A stretch of DNA of 64,000 nt, taken from Chitinophagaceae bacterium. GTDB lineage: Bacteria; Bacteroidota; Bacteroidia; Chitinophagales; Chitinophagaceae. The stretch covers positions 54,399 to 118,398 of the forward strand of contig JADJYK010000007.1 in assembly GCA_016719815.1 (NCBI GenBank). The letters run 5' to 3'. The translations under genes and the position numbers were made by a program. The notes under the pieces are model-generated. The model saw only the letters and a list, made by a program, of their open reading frames with translations. It ran no database searches and had not been told where the DNA came from. Shown in pieces: positions 1 to 10,509 of the stretch; positions within the stretch are counted from its first letter, which is position 1; the number at the start of each line of letters is the position of its first letter.

Positions 1-2
1 AA

Positions 3-704
3 GCCTGTTATGCGTCCTCGCTCTACGCCAATCAGATAGCCAAGAAGTATAACACAAGGCTGCACATTCTGCATATCAGCACAGAAAAAGAATTGCAGCT
101 GTTTACCAATATGCTTCCGCTGAAAGAGAAAAGAATAACAGCGGAAGTATGTGTGCATCACCTGCACTTTACAGCCGATGATTATACCCTGCTGGGCAAC
201 AGGATAAAGTGTAATCCTGCTATAAAGGCAGCAGCTAACAAAGAAGCCTTATGGACTGCATTGCTTGATAACCGTCTTGATGTAATTGCCACTGACCATG
301 CACCACATACATTGGATGAAAAGAATGAACCGTATGAAAAAGCACATGCAGGATTGCCATTAGTTCAGCATTCGCTGTCGTTAATGCTGTACTATCACAA
401 ACAAGGGAGAATAAGCCTGGAAAAAATTGCCGAAAAAATGAGCCATGCAGCAGCAGACTGTTTCCAGGTAAAAGAGAGGGGTTATATCAGGGAAGGTTAT
501 CATGCTGATTTAGTTATTGCCGACCTGGAAACCCCGGAAAGAGTGAAAAAGGATAAAATATTATATAAATGCGGCTGGAGTCCGCTTGAGGGTTTTGAGT
601 TTCCGGCATCCATCACCCACACTTTCGTAAACGGGCATCTCGTTTATGGAAATGACCGTTGGGATGAATCTAATAAGGGTCAGCGACTGTTATTTGATCG
701 GTAA
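3..704 (+). CDS. pyrC: Dihydroorotase, 5' part outside the window
   Basis: Frame is open from base 3 (ACYASSLYANQIAKKYNTRLHILHIST...). Amidohydrolase motifs EVCVHHL, KCNPAIK, IATDHAPH and KCGWSP are typical of multifunctional-type dihydroorotases. Confidence 0.9.
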   Translation, partial: ACYASSLYANQIAKKYNTRLHILHISTEKELQLFTNMLPLKEKRITAEVCVHHLHFTADDYTLLGNRIKCNPAIKAAANKEALWTALLDNRLDVIATDHAPHTLDEKNEPYEKAHAGLPLVQHSLSLMLYYHKQGRISLEKIAEKMSHAAADCFQVKERGYIREGYHADLVIADLETPERVKKDKILYKCGWSPLEGFEFPASITHTFVNGHLVYGNDRWDESNKGQRLLFDR

Positions 705-705
705 A

Positions 706-772
706 GCCCCCACCCCTAAAGGGGGAAAAGGGAGTAAGAATAAACAAAATTTCCCCTTTGGGGGATAGGGGT
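706..772. repeat. Imperfect inverted repeat, REP/REPIN-like intergenic element
   Basis: Left arm gcccccacccctaaagggggaaa (706-728) and right arm tttcccctttgggggataggggt (750-772) are near reverse complements around a 21-nt A-rich spacer. Each arm has its own CCCC-N-GGGG mini-palindrome. Confidence 0.65.
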
Positions 773-2089
773 ATGCAAATAGACAATACATCATTTTCCG
801 ACATTTCCATCTTCCACCACGAAGAAGAGTTTTCAATTTTTCATAAGCTGAACTTTACAAAAACAGTTGGCGGCAGAGAATGGCTGCGAAAGTTTTTCAG
901 TGAGCCGCACAATGACCTCAAAAAGATTGTAGGCACTCAAAAAGTAATCCGCACTTTTATGGAGCACATCAGCCAGTGGCCTACTGATATCAGCAATGGT
1001 ACTGTACTGGTGATGGATAAATTTCTGGATTATTCTCTTGACACTATCAGCGAAAATCCGGCCTCACTGAATAACCTTACTTATCGCTGGCTGCATTTTG
1101 AAGATTACTCAATGCTAAAATACTCTGTTCCCCATTTTGCAGATTTTTACAGGGGCGTACGAAAAATTGTTGAATTGCTTGACGGCCTTGATTTGCCGCC
1201 AGCCATTCAATTGTATGTTGACAGAATAACGGGTATTCTCCGTGAACAGCCCTTACAAAAGCTGTCAGAAACGCAGCATGAGCAGCGGTTTTCACCACGG
1301 CAAAATTTGTACTTTGGATATCATTTGCGGGGTCGTTATAAAACAAACACACTTGAGCTAATTGATATATTCAGCCGTTTTGATGCCTGGTACTCTATGG
1401 CTGTGGCTGTAAAAACATATAAGCTCAGTTTCCCTGAATTTACGGAACAACAAACACCGATGGTGAATGCGAAAGGGCTGTATCATATTCTGCTTCCTAA
1501 GCCAGTAGCGTATGATATGTACATGAGCCCGGAGCATAATTTTCTTTTTCTAACCGGCGCAAATATGGCCGGAAAAAGCACATTGATTAAGGCATTGGGA
1601 TCAGCCGTTTTTCTTGCTCATACAGGCATGGGAGTACCGGCTGAACATATGCGGCTTACTTTGTTTGACGGTTTAATCAGCAATATTAATGTAGTGGATA
1701 ATATTGCGCGGGGCGAAAGTTATTTCTTTAATGAAGTACAGCGAATAAAAAACACAATAGAAAAAATAAACGACGGTAAAAAATGGCTGGTACTGATAGA
1801 TGAATTATTTAAGGGAACCAATGTACAGGATGCGATGAAATGTTCGCTGGCAGTTATTAAAGGATTAATAAAGATTAAAAACTCATTGTTTGTACTTTCC
1901 ACTCACCTGTATGAGATAGGTGAAGAACTGAAAAACTATTCCAATATCAGCTTCCGGTATTTTGAAACTGATGTTACAGATGAGCAGCTTAAATTCAGCT
2001 ACCAGTTAAAAGAAGGCGTTAGTAATGACCGTATTGGTTATGTTATCCTGAAGAGAGAAAAAGTGGTGGAAATGCTGGATAAACTTTAG
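773..2089 (+). CDS. MutS-related ATPase (domain V, short MutS homologue)
   Basis: Walker A GANMAGKST, Walker B LIDELFKGT and STH motif. I see no N-terminal mismatch-recognition domain. ATG at 773 is preferred because the upstream GTG/TTG-type start lies inside the repeat. Confidence 0.85.
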   Translation: MQIDNTSFSDISIFHHEEEFSIFHKLNFTKTVGGREWLRKFFSEPHNDLKKIVGTQKVIRTFMEHISQWPTDISNGTVLVMDKFLDYSLDTISENPASLNNLTYRWLHFEDYSMLKYSVPHFADFYRGVRKIVELLDGLDLPPAIQLYVDRITGILREQPLQKLSETQHEQRFSPRQNLYFGYHLRGRYKTNTLELIDIFSRFDAWYSMAVAVKTYKLSFPEFTEQQTPMVNAKGLYHILLPKPVAYDMYMSPEHNFLFLTGANMAGKSTLIKALGSAVFLAHTGMGVPAEHMRLTLFDGLISNINVVDNIARGESYFFNEVQRIKNTIEKINDGKKWLVLIDELFKGTNVQDAMKCSLAVIKGLIKIKNSLFVLSTHLYEIGEELKNYSNISFRYFETDVTDEQLKFSYQLKEGVSNDRIGYVILKREKVVEMLDKL

Positions 2090-2147
2090 AAACACAATTT
2101 GCAGGATTAACAATGTTTGGCAGAGAAGATTCCTTATTTTGTAGCAC

Positions 2148-3760
2148 ATGAAAAGATATTTTATTCCCTTTCCAGCCATATTTTTTTCCATCAGCATATT
2201 GGCCCAAAGCAAGGTTGATATCTTACATTATAAATATGAAATTGAATTAAATGATAACAATGATACAATTCATGGAAAGTCCGAAATTAAATTCTCTGTG
2301 CCTACAGTTTTCAAATCAATTGATTTTGATCTTTCGGGAAAACCAGAGACTGGCAAGGGGATGCAAATAATGCGTATTACTTATCCTGATGCCTGGCCTG
2401 TTGATGCCAGCTATGACGGAAAGAATTTCCAGCATAAAAATGATAAGATTACAATAAACACGGAAAGAATTTCACTTAAAAAAGACACAAGTTCAATTAT
2501 AATAGAATATAAAGGTATCCCATCTGATGGTCTTATCATTTCCAAAAACAAGTTTGGCAACAGAACTTTTTTTGCCGACAACTGGCCCAACCGTGCCCAC
2601 CACTGGATCCCTTGTGTGGATGACCCGGCCGACAAAGCCACAGTTGAATTTATTGTAACAGCACCCGATCATTACCAGGTAATTTCAAATGGCGTAATGA
2701 TTGAAGAAACTAATTTACCCGATCACAGAAAAATTACACACTGGAAAGAAAATACCCCTCTGCCTACCAAAGTAATGGTGATTGGAGCCGCAGATTTTGC
2801 GGTAAATAATATTGGAGAAGTGAACTGTACTCCGGTAAGCACCTGGGTATTTCCCGAAAATAAGGCAGAAGGGTTTTATGATTATGCACCGGCAAAAGAC
2901 ATACTGGCCTGCTATATACCTTATATCGGCACCTATGCTTATAAAAAATTAGCCAATGTTCCATCCAAGACAATTTATGGTGGCATGGAAAATGCAAGCG
3001 CCATATTTTATCATGAAAATTCTGTTACCGGTAACAGGGATGAAGTCTCTTTACTTGCTCATGAGATAGCTCATCAATGGTTTGGCAATCATGTGACCGA
3101 AAAAAGTTTTGCTCATATATGGCTAAGTGAAGGCTTTGCAACTTATCTCACTCACCTCTATTTTGAAGCCACAAAAGGAACCAATTATTTCATTAATGGA
3201 TTACAAAACGACAGGGAACAAGTAATTGCATTCACCAAGTCGGCAAGCTGGCCAGTGGTTGACAGTACTGATAATCTAAAAGCCTGATTAATACCAATAG
3301 CTATCAGAAAGGCAGCTGGGTACTGCATATGTTACGAAAAGAAGCGGGAGATTCACTCTTTCATGCCATTATTCAGCAATTCTATAAAGAGTATGGCGGA
3401 AAAAATGCAGATACTGATGATTTCAAAAGGGTGTCAGAGGATATTTCAGGAAAAAACCTCAGTCAATTTTTCAAGCAATGGCTGTATGCTGAAGAAAATC
3501 CCCGGCTAAAAATCAGTTGGAAATACAAAGTTGCTGACAATACGATTCGGCTTACTGTAAAACAACTACAGCAATCAACCTTTGCATTTCCGCTTGAAAT
3601 TTTCGTCCAATTTACCAATGGTGTATCTTCACTTCAGCGAATAACCATAAACCAAAAAGTTGAAACTTTCGCTTTACCTGCAGCGGAAAGACCCCTGAAT
3701 ATTATCGCTGACCCAAATGCCTGCCTGCTTTTCGAAGGGAATATTACAGAAGAAAAGTGA
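2148..3760 (+). CDS. M1-family zinc aminopeptidase, split by one frameshift near 3278-3281
   Basis: Signal peptide, GGMEN, and HEIAHQW...WLSEG zinc motifs. Adding one A to the A4 run gives continuous LKSLINTNSYQKGSWVLHMLR, joining ORF 2148-3287 to ORF 3329-3760. Confidence 0.88.
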
Positions 3761-3798
3761 AATTTCACCTGAAACATATATATTAGTAAAAAAATATT

Positions 3799-4644
3799 AT
3801 GGCATCGTCGGGCTCATCATCTTCGTCCGGAGGAAATTTAATGAAAACAATTATTGGCGGAGTATTAACTACTGTGCTTGGGGCCGCGGCAATTTATTTT
3901 CTTGGCTTCCACGATTCGGGAAAAACTGAAAAGAAGAAAAGAAAAGAAGCAACGGTGACTGCCTGGAATTCTTTGCTACAGTATGAAAAATTATTTCAGC
4001 AAACCACCGACAAGATGATTTGTATGGACGAAACAGAAGATGAAGCAAAGACAATAACTGATGATATGGAGCAGCTGATTAACGATATGGGCAATATTAA
4101 AAAGGAAGAGAATATTGATAACCGGATGGTGACATTGGTTGACAGGAGAATTGAATCCTACAAAAAAAGAAAAAACTATATCGCTGAATACTATGACGAA
4201 ATAATCGAATTAAGCGGTACAGCTGCACCACAAGAAGAAATGAACAGCAAGGCGACTGCCATACAGAAAAGGCTTTCCACCCGTGTAAAAGAACTTGAAA
4301 GGAAAGACGGTGAATACATAAAAGAAATTTCGCAAACGCTGGAAAAAACATACAATGTAACACTCAGCGTTCCTGAGTTTAATACTGAAGTAAATAAAGA
4401 AAACGTTGCAGGGGATTGGAAAATCAACAAAGCTACACAATTGACACTGGCCAAAGATGGCAGCTTTAGCTGGCTGGCTGATGAAAAAAAGCTGACCGGC
4501 AACTGGGATTTACAAGACAAAATTATTCAGCTTATTTTCAGTGATGGAGAAAAACTATCTTACAACATAAAAAGCCTGAACACTTTGGTAATCCGGCTTG
4601 AAAATACAGGTGACGGCAGTTTTGCTTTTGGCTGCCGCAACTGA
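3799..4644 (+). CDS. Hypothetical membrane-anchored protein (N-terminal TM helix, helical middle, lipocalin-like C-terminal beta domain)
   Basis: 281-aa ORF with hydrophobic IIGGVLTTVLGAAAIYFLGF, a charged helical region, then a GDWK...GSFSW...GNWDL beta pattern. Confidence 0.7.
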   Translation: MASSGSSSSSGGNLMKTIIGGVLTTVLGAAAIYFLGFHDSGKTEKKKRKEATVTAWNSLLQYEKLFQQTTDKMICMDETEDEAKTITDDMEQLINDMGNIKKEENIDNRMVTLVDRRIESYKKRKNYIAEYYDEIIELSGTAAPQEEMNSKATAIQKRLSTRVKELERKDGEYIKEISQTLEKTYNVTLSVPEFNTEVNKENVAGDWKINKATQLTLAKDGSFSWLADEKKLTGNWDLQDKIIQLIFSDGEKLSYNIKSLNTLVIRLENTGDGSFAFGCRN

Positions 4645-4693
4645 TATTATCAAAAAAATATGTTACAAATATTGCCTACATTATACCTTAACT

Positions 4694-6240
4694 ATGCTAA
4701 TTAAAACATATGGAAGTGCGGTACATGGCGTGGAAGCCATGACCATAACCATCGAAGTAAACTGGCTTACTACCGGAAAAGACCCTATGATAGTAGGTCT
4801 GCCTGATAACGCAGTAAAAGAAAGCCTGCAACGAATTGAAAGCACTTTCAAGTCAAACGGTTACAATGTTCCCCGTACCAAAGTAGTGGTAAACCTTGCT
4901 CCTGCTGACATCAAGAAAAGTGGTACTGCTTTTGACCTTCCTATTGCACTTGGCATATTAGGCGCATCAGAACAAATACAGAACAGTGAGGCCATGGCCA
5001 ATTATGTGATAATGGGAGAACTGAGCCTCGACGGAGAAATCCGGTCAATTAAAGGAGCCTTGCCCATTGCCATACAGGCACGGAAAGAAGGTTTCAGGGG
5101 TTTGATCGTACCAAAAGCCAATGCAAAAGAGGCGGGCATGGTTAACAGCCTCCATGTCTATGGCATCAACCATATAAACGATGTGATAGATTTCTTTGAG
5201 AAAGATGAAACGGGACTGGAACAGGTGATTGTAAATACAAGAGAAGAATTTTCAACTCACAATATGATTTTGAAATTGATTTTGCCGATGTAAAAGGACA
5301 GGAAAATATTAAGAGAGCCCTGGAGATAGCTGCGGCTGGCGGACATAATGCAATACTTATTGGCCCTCCTGGCGCAGGAAAGACCATGTTGGCTAAACGT
5401 TTACCAACAATTCTGCCACCACTCACTTTGCAGGAAGCATTAGAAACAACAAAGATTCATTCGGTTGCCGGTAAATTGCCTGAAAATTCGACACTTGTTT
5501 CGAAACGGCCCTTTCGCTCCCCACACCATACAATTTCAGATGTGGCATTAGTGGGAGGAGGAGGGATACCACAACCCGGAGAAATATCGCTGGCGCATAA
5601 TGGCGTTCTGTTTCTGGATGAACTGCCAGAATTCAAGAGAACAGTTTTGGAAGTAATGCGACAACCGATGGAAGAGAGAAGGGTTACTATTTCAAGAGCA
5701 AAAGTGGCGGTTGATTTTCCAGCTTCCTTTATGCTGATGGCAAGTATGAACCCTTGTCCCTGCGGCTATTATAACCATCCGGAAAGAGAGTGTACCTGCC
5801 CACCCGGCACAGTTCAGAAATATCTCAACAAAATATCGGGGCCATTGCTTGACAGAATTGACCTGCATGTAGAAGTAACGCCTGTTGCTTTTAATGAGCT
5901 TTCCTCAATCAAGCCGGCAGAATATTCCGAGAACATCCGGACAAGGGTAATTGCTGCAAGAGAAATGCAGGCCGAACGATATAAAAACAATACCGGGATA
6001 TATTGCAATGCACAAATGAGCAGTAAAATGCTAAAGGAGATTTGTATAATCAATACGGTTGGAGCCAACCTCCTAAAGGCAGCAATGGAAAAACTGAATC
6101 TATCTGCGCGGGCATACGACCGCATTCTTAAAGTATCGAGAACAATTGCCGATCTGGCTCAAAGTGCAGAGATAAAACCCGAACATCTGGCTGAGGCAAT
6201 TCAGTACAGAAGTCTTGACCGGGAAGGCTGGGCAGGATAA
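4694..6240 (+). CDS. comM: ComM/YifB-family Mg-chelatase-like AAA+ ATPase, one frameshift near 5249-5252
   Basis: VGLPDNAVKES, NLAPADIKKSGTAFDLPIALG, GPPGAGKTMLAKRL, GEISLAHNGVLFLDELPEF, NPCPCG, ISGPLLDRID. One extra T in the T4 run restores EEFFNSQYDFEIDFADVKGQ. Confidence 0.92.
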
Positions 6241-6249
6241 ACAATTATT

Positions 6250-6915
6250 TTAGTTAAGCAAATTATTTGCATAGGCAAACTTCACCAATCCAGCAGTGTT
6301 TCTGACCTTTAATTTGTTCATAAGATTTTGCCGGTGTGTATCAACGGTGCGTTTACTTATCTTAAGTTTTGAAGCAATTTCATCATTAGTAAATTCATTG
6401 GCAATGTATTTGAGAATCTCAAGTTCCCTGATAGAAATACCTAATTGTCTACACCTGGTTTTCGTGTCAATTGAGTTAATTTCAGAAAAAGAAATGGTAT
6501 TATCCTCATTAAAACCTGAAGAAAAATAGGTACCTCCATCAATAACCGTGGAAATTGCATCTATCAAATCATCTGTACTGATGGTTTTAAGCAGAAACCC
6601 TTTTGCGCCACATTTGACTACATTTTGAAACATTGCACTGTTACTATCACCGGAAAGTATAAGAATTTTTGAGTCAGGCTTATACATCAGAATCCTCCTG
6701 GAAGCCTCATCTCCGTTGAATACAGGCATCCTGTAGTCCATCAGGATAATATCAAAATTTTTTCTCAGGGCAAGAGATACAGCTTCCCCGCCATCACCAG
6801 CTTCCGTTATAAAAAAATTAATCTTATTATGCTGCAAAGACAGCATGAGACGAATGCCGTCCCTGATCATTTTATGATCATCAACAATGAGAATATTTAC
6901 GTCATTCAACATCAT
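6250..6915 (-). CDS. NarL/LuxR-family response regulator (orphan)
   Basis: Receiver motifs IVDDH and LMDYRMP, C-terminal LuxR HTH (ISIRELEILK...ISKRTVDTHRQNLMNKL). Confidence 0.92.
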   Translation of the reverse strand: MMLNDVNILIVDDHKMIRDGIRLMLSLQHNKINFFITEAGDGGEAVSLALRKNFDIILMDYRMPVFNGDEASRRILMYKPDSKILILSGDSNSAMFQNVVKCGAKGFLLKTISTDDLIDAISTVIDGGTYFSSGFNEDNTISFSEINSIDTKTRCRQLGISIRELEILKYIANEFTNDEIASKLKISKRTVDTHRQNLMNKLKVRNTAGLVKFAYANNLLN

Positions 6916-7193
6916 GGCTTGTAGTTGGTTTTATTGAAGATCAAAACACTTTATAAAAAAATCTGTAATTGATATCCCCTTTCTTTAACTGCTTTTTGCC
7001 ACCAGGCAATAACCAAATAACCCGCTACTAAAAGGCAATAACCAATACAGATACTTTAAATTATACATACCCTGATGTATAATTCCGTTTCGAAATCCTA
7101 TGAATACTAATTTAATACATATTTTTTATAAAGCAATTTCTCACAAAGAATAATTTCCATTTTGTAAAAAAAGAGAGAAACTACGCATTTTCC

Positions 7194-7209
7194 ATTGATT
7201 TAAATCAAT
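7194..7209. promoter_or_regulatory. FNR/CRP-type binding site
   Basis: Perfect 16-bp palindrome ATTGATTTAAATCAAT containing the canonical TTGAT-N4-ATCAA. Confidence 0.6.
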
Positions 7210-7558
7210 CAGAATTCTAGTTTCTGCCAAAGAATAATGAGCTCTTGCTAATACAAGTACAAACTGTTCAATTACAAATCTATACTTATATCATTTTTTA
7301 CGACTTTGAAATTAAATAAATCCTATTTAGTATCTGCTGCTGATTTCTAATCCTGCCTTATAAACAGTACTACTATCATAAACGAATTACATCACATAAT
7401 TGCGATGAGAGAAAGTAACGGTTACATAAAACTCCTTATAATCACCTTCCGGGTAATACGAAATGGCTTACAGATAATAGCAGTATCAAATTTCTTTCGT
7501 CAACCCGGATTATCACATTTTTAAATACATTTTTATCACTTTGCTATCTTTATGTTAT

Positions 7559-8323
7559 ATGAAAGAATTCTATGAATACCTCAACAGGTATTATGACAAA
7601 ATATATGTATTGAGTGTACAGACTGCCACAGACCGCAGGCAATTGTTTGCATCGCATTTTGAAGGACTTGAGTACGATTTTTTTTTCGGTGCAGATAAAA
7701 AAAATTTCTCCGTTAAGGAAGCAGAATCAAGTGGTGCATACAATGAAAAAAAGGCCGTTCGTCACCACCGTTACAACAAGAATATGAAACATGGTGAAAT
7801 TGCCTGTTCGTGGAGCCACCGGATGATATACGAAGACATGCTGGCTCATAATTATCAACGCATACTCATTTTTGAAGATGATGCTGTGCCAAACCCTGAA
7901 AGGGTAAAGCAAATGCCAGAAATTTTAAAAGAAATTCCGGATAATTGTGAGCTGCTGATGTGGGGCTGGGATAAAAACGGCAAACCGCCCACAGGTTCAA
8001 CATTAAAAAAACTATTCTATCACATACAGCATAGTTTAGGCTTGCTGAAATGGAACCATACTGTTATAAATCATCTTTATGCAACTCGTTTTTCAAAGCA
8101 TCTGAAGAAAGCCGGCTTTCATGATTATACCTATGCATACGCCATTAGCAAAAGCGGAGCCGAAAAACTGATCCGGATGCAAACACCTATTCAATATATA
8201 GCCGATAATCTTTTGGCTCATGCCGCTACCACAGCGGTGGTAAACAGTCTTATTGCATATCCTGCAGTTTTTCTGCATGACAGTTTGCCTGACGGAACGC
8301 ACAGAGATTCGTATATTCGGTAA
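7559..8323 (+). CDS. Glycosyltransferase family 25 (LPS/LOS biosynthesis)
   Basis: IYVLS...DRR, GEIACSWSH and LIFEDDA motifs. ATG at 7559. Confidence 0.88.
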   Translation: MKEFYEYLNRYYDKIYVLSVQTATDRRQLFASHFEGLEYDFFFGADKKNFSVKEAESSGAYNEKKAVRHHRYNKNMKHGEIACSWSHRMIYEDMLAHNYQRILIFEDDAVPNPERVKQMPEILKEIPDNCELLMWGWDKNGKPPTGSTLKKLFYHIQHSLGLLKWNHTVINHLYATRFSKHLKKAGFHDYTYAYAISKSGAEKLIRMQTPIQYIADNLLAHAATTAVVNSLIAYPAVFLHDSLPDGTHRDSYIR

Positions 8324-8406
8324 TCGGCAGTCAAATCAGGCATCCTGTCAGAAAGTTGTTTTATTGCCCGGTTTTTGTACTATTGCCACATCAAACACGA
8401 ACCGGA

Positions 8407-10188
8407 ATGAAGATACTCCTGAATTACCTTAAACCTTATAAGTGGCTGGTAGCATTCGTTTTGCTTTTGGCTGCTATTAATATCAGTTTTTCATTAATTG
8501 ACCCATACATTTTTGGTAAACTAATCGATCTCGGTTATAAGTATCATAGTAACCCAGGCCCCTACAACCCTTTTTGGTGGAATTTTGCCACGCCATTACT
8601 TACCCTGCTTGGTGCTTCAATTGGAGTGGCAATGGTAAGCCGGATAGCAAAAGCTTTCCAAGACTATTTTCAGAACAAGGTTACACAAAAATTCGGGGCG
8701 GCTGTTTTTACAGACGGATTAAAACATGCCATGGGACTACCCTATCATGATTTTGAAGATCAGCGAAGCGGAGAAACATTAGGTATTTTACAAAAAGTAA
8801 GAATAGATACAGAGAAATTCATAGCCTCATTTATCAACGTACTTTTTCCGGTAATAATCGGGATCCTGTTTGTTGCAATTTTTGCATATACTATTCACCC
8901 AATGCTGCCTTTAATATATTTTGGCGGCATATTTCTGCTTATCATTATCTCTAACCTGCTCAGCAAAAAAATAAAAACTGTTCAAAAGAAAATCGTTTCT
9001 GAAACAACAGCCCTTGCAGGTGCCACAACCGAATCGCTCCGAAATATTGAATTGGTAAAAAGCCTTGGACTAACATCACAGGAAATAGAGCGGCTAAACA
9101 AAAACACTTATAAAATCCTCGGTCTGGAGTTAAAAAAAGTAAAACGTCTTAGGAGTATCAGTTTTATACAAGGTACTTTTGTAAATACATTACGGCAGGT
9201 TATTCTCTTTATGCTGATGTGGATGATTTTCAAAGATAAAATGCTGCCCTGGGAACTTGCCACTATGCAGATTTACTCTTTCTTTGTATTTGGTCCATTG
9301 CAGGAAATTGGCAATATCATTCTCACTTACCGAGAAGCACAGGCATCATTGGAAAACTTTGGCACCCTGATGTACAAAGCACCTGAGCCAAAACCTGAAA
9401 ACCCCGGACACCTTGGAGATATTAAAAGCCTTGAGTTTGATCATGTGGCTTTTAGGCATCAAACTGCCAGTCAAAATGCCCTTAATGATATCAGTTTCAA
9501 AGTAAACACCGGAGAAACAATTGCATTCGTTGGTCCGTCTGGTTCGGGCAAAACAACGCTGATGAAATTACTTGTCGGACTATACCGCCCGCAGCAAGGT
9601 AAAATACTTTATAACGGAATCGATGAAAATAGTATTGACTTTGATGACCTTCGTAACCAGATAGGTTTTGTAACACAGGATACCCAACTTTTCTCAGGCA
9701 CCATTAAAGAAAATCTTTTGTTTGTTAATCCGGCTGCAACCGATGCCGAACTTGATGATGTATTGCTGAAAGCCGCCTGCCAAAATTTATTATCCCGTGC
9801 AGAAAAAGGACTGGATACCATGATTGGAGAAGGAGGACTTAAGCTTTCCGGGGGAGAAAAGCAACGACTGTCAATAGCCAGGGCATTGCTGCGCAAACCC
9901 AAACTACTACTATTTGATGAGGCCACTTCTGCACTTGATTCTATTACTGAGGAAGAGATAACAGACACCATTCGTTTCATTTCAAAAGAAGGAAAACAAA
10001 TCACCATACTGATTGCCCACCGTTTATCAACCATCATGCATGCCGACAATATTTATGTACTGGAAGGTGGCGATGTGGTAGAAACCGGAAACCACGAAAA
10101 GCTACTGGCAGAAAAAGGATTATATTATGCCATGTGGCGTCAGCAGATTGGTGAACGTAAATTCAGAATCCTGACAACACAATCATAA
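8407..10188 (+). CDS. ABC exporter, fused permease and ATP-binding protein
   Basis: N-terminal TM domain, Walker A GPSGSGKT, Q-loop VTQD, signature LSGGEKQR, Walker B LLLFDEATSALD, IAHRLST. Confidence 0.95.
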   Translation: MKILLNYLKPYKWLVAFVLLLAAINISFSLIDPYIFGKLIDLGYKYHSNPGPYNPFWWNFATPLLTLLGASIGVAMVSRIAKAFQDYFQNKVTQKFGAAVFTDGLKHAMGLPYHDFEDQRSGETLGILQKVRIDTEKFIASFINVLFPVIIGILFVAIFAYTIHPMLPLIYFGGIFLLIIISNLLSKKIKTVQKKIVSETTALAGATTESLRNIELVKSLGLTSQEIERLNKNTYKILGLELKKVKRLRSISFIQGTFVNTLRQVILFMLMWMIFKDKMLPWELATMQIYSFFVFGPLQEIGNIILTYREAQASLENFGTLMYKAPEPKPENPGHLGDIKSLEFDHVAFRHQTASQNALNDISFKVNTGETIAFVGPSGSGKTTLMKLLVGLYRPQQGKILYNGIDENSIDFDDLRNQIGFVTQDTQLFSGTIKENLLFVNPAATDAELDDVLLKAACQNLLSRAEKGLDTMIGEGGLKLSGGEKQRLSIARALLRKPKLLLFDEATSALDSITEEEITDTIRFISKEGKQITILIAHRLSTIMHADNIYVLEGGDVVETGNHEKLLAEKGLYYAMWRQQIGERKFRILTTQS

Positions 10189-10502
10189 TGGGACTGCTTG
10201 CTTTTTTTGGATTTGGAAAGAACAAACTAATAGAAGCTCTCGCAAAAGGAGCTGTAGTTGTAGATGTAAGAACCGCCAACGAGTTTGACAGAGGAAAAGT
10301 GCCCGATTCAGTTAATGTTCCGCTCGAACGCATAGCTGCCAATACTGAACGGATAAAAAACTATAAGCGTCCGGTTGTTTGCGTTTGTACCTCCGGCAGC
10401 AGAAGCGGGCAGGCGGTAAAGTTGCTGAAATCTGCCGGAATTAAAGAGGTGTACAATGGCGGCAATTGGATAAATTTGCTTGAACTGCTCCGTAATCTTT
10501 AG
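10188..10502 (+). CDS. Rhodanese-like domain protein
   Basis: VVDVRTANEF and active-site loop CTSGSRS. Start overlaps the ABC stop codon (TAATG). Confidence 0.88.
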   Translation: MGLLAFFGFGKNKLIEALAKGAVVVDVRTANEFDRGKVPDSVNVPLERIAANTERIKNYKRPVVCVCTSGSRSGQAVKLLKSAGIKEVYNGGNWINLLELLRNL

Positions 10503-10509
10503 GATATCA

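Noticed and set aside
758-772. N-terminal MGDRG extension of the MutS-like ORF in the track
   Set aside because: It is read from inside the inverted repeat. ATG 773 is the more plausible start.
4694-6240. comM interrupted by a mobile element
   Set aside because: The two halves join by a one-base fix and no inserted DNA is present.
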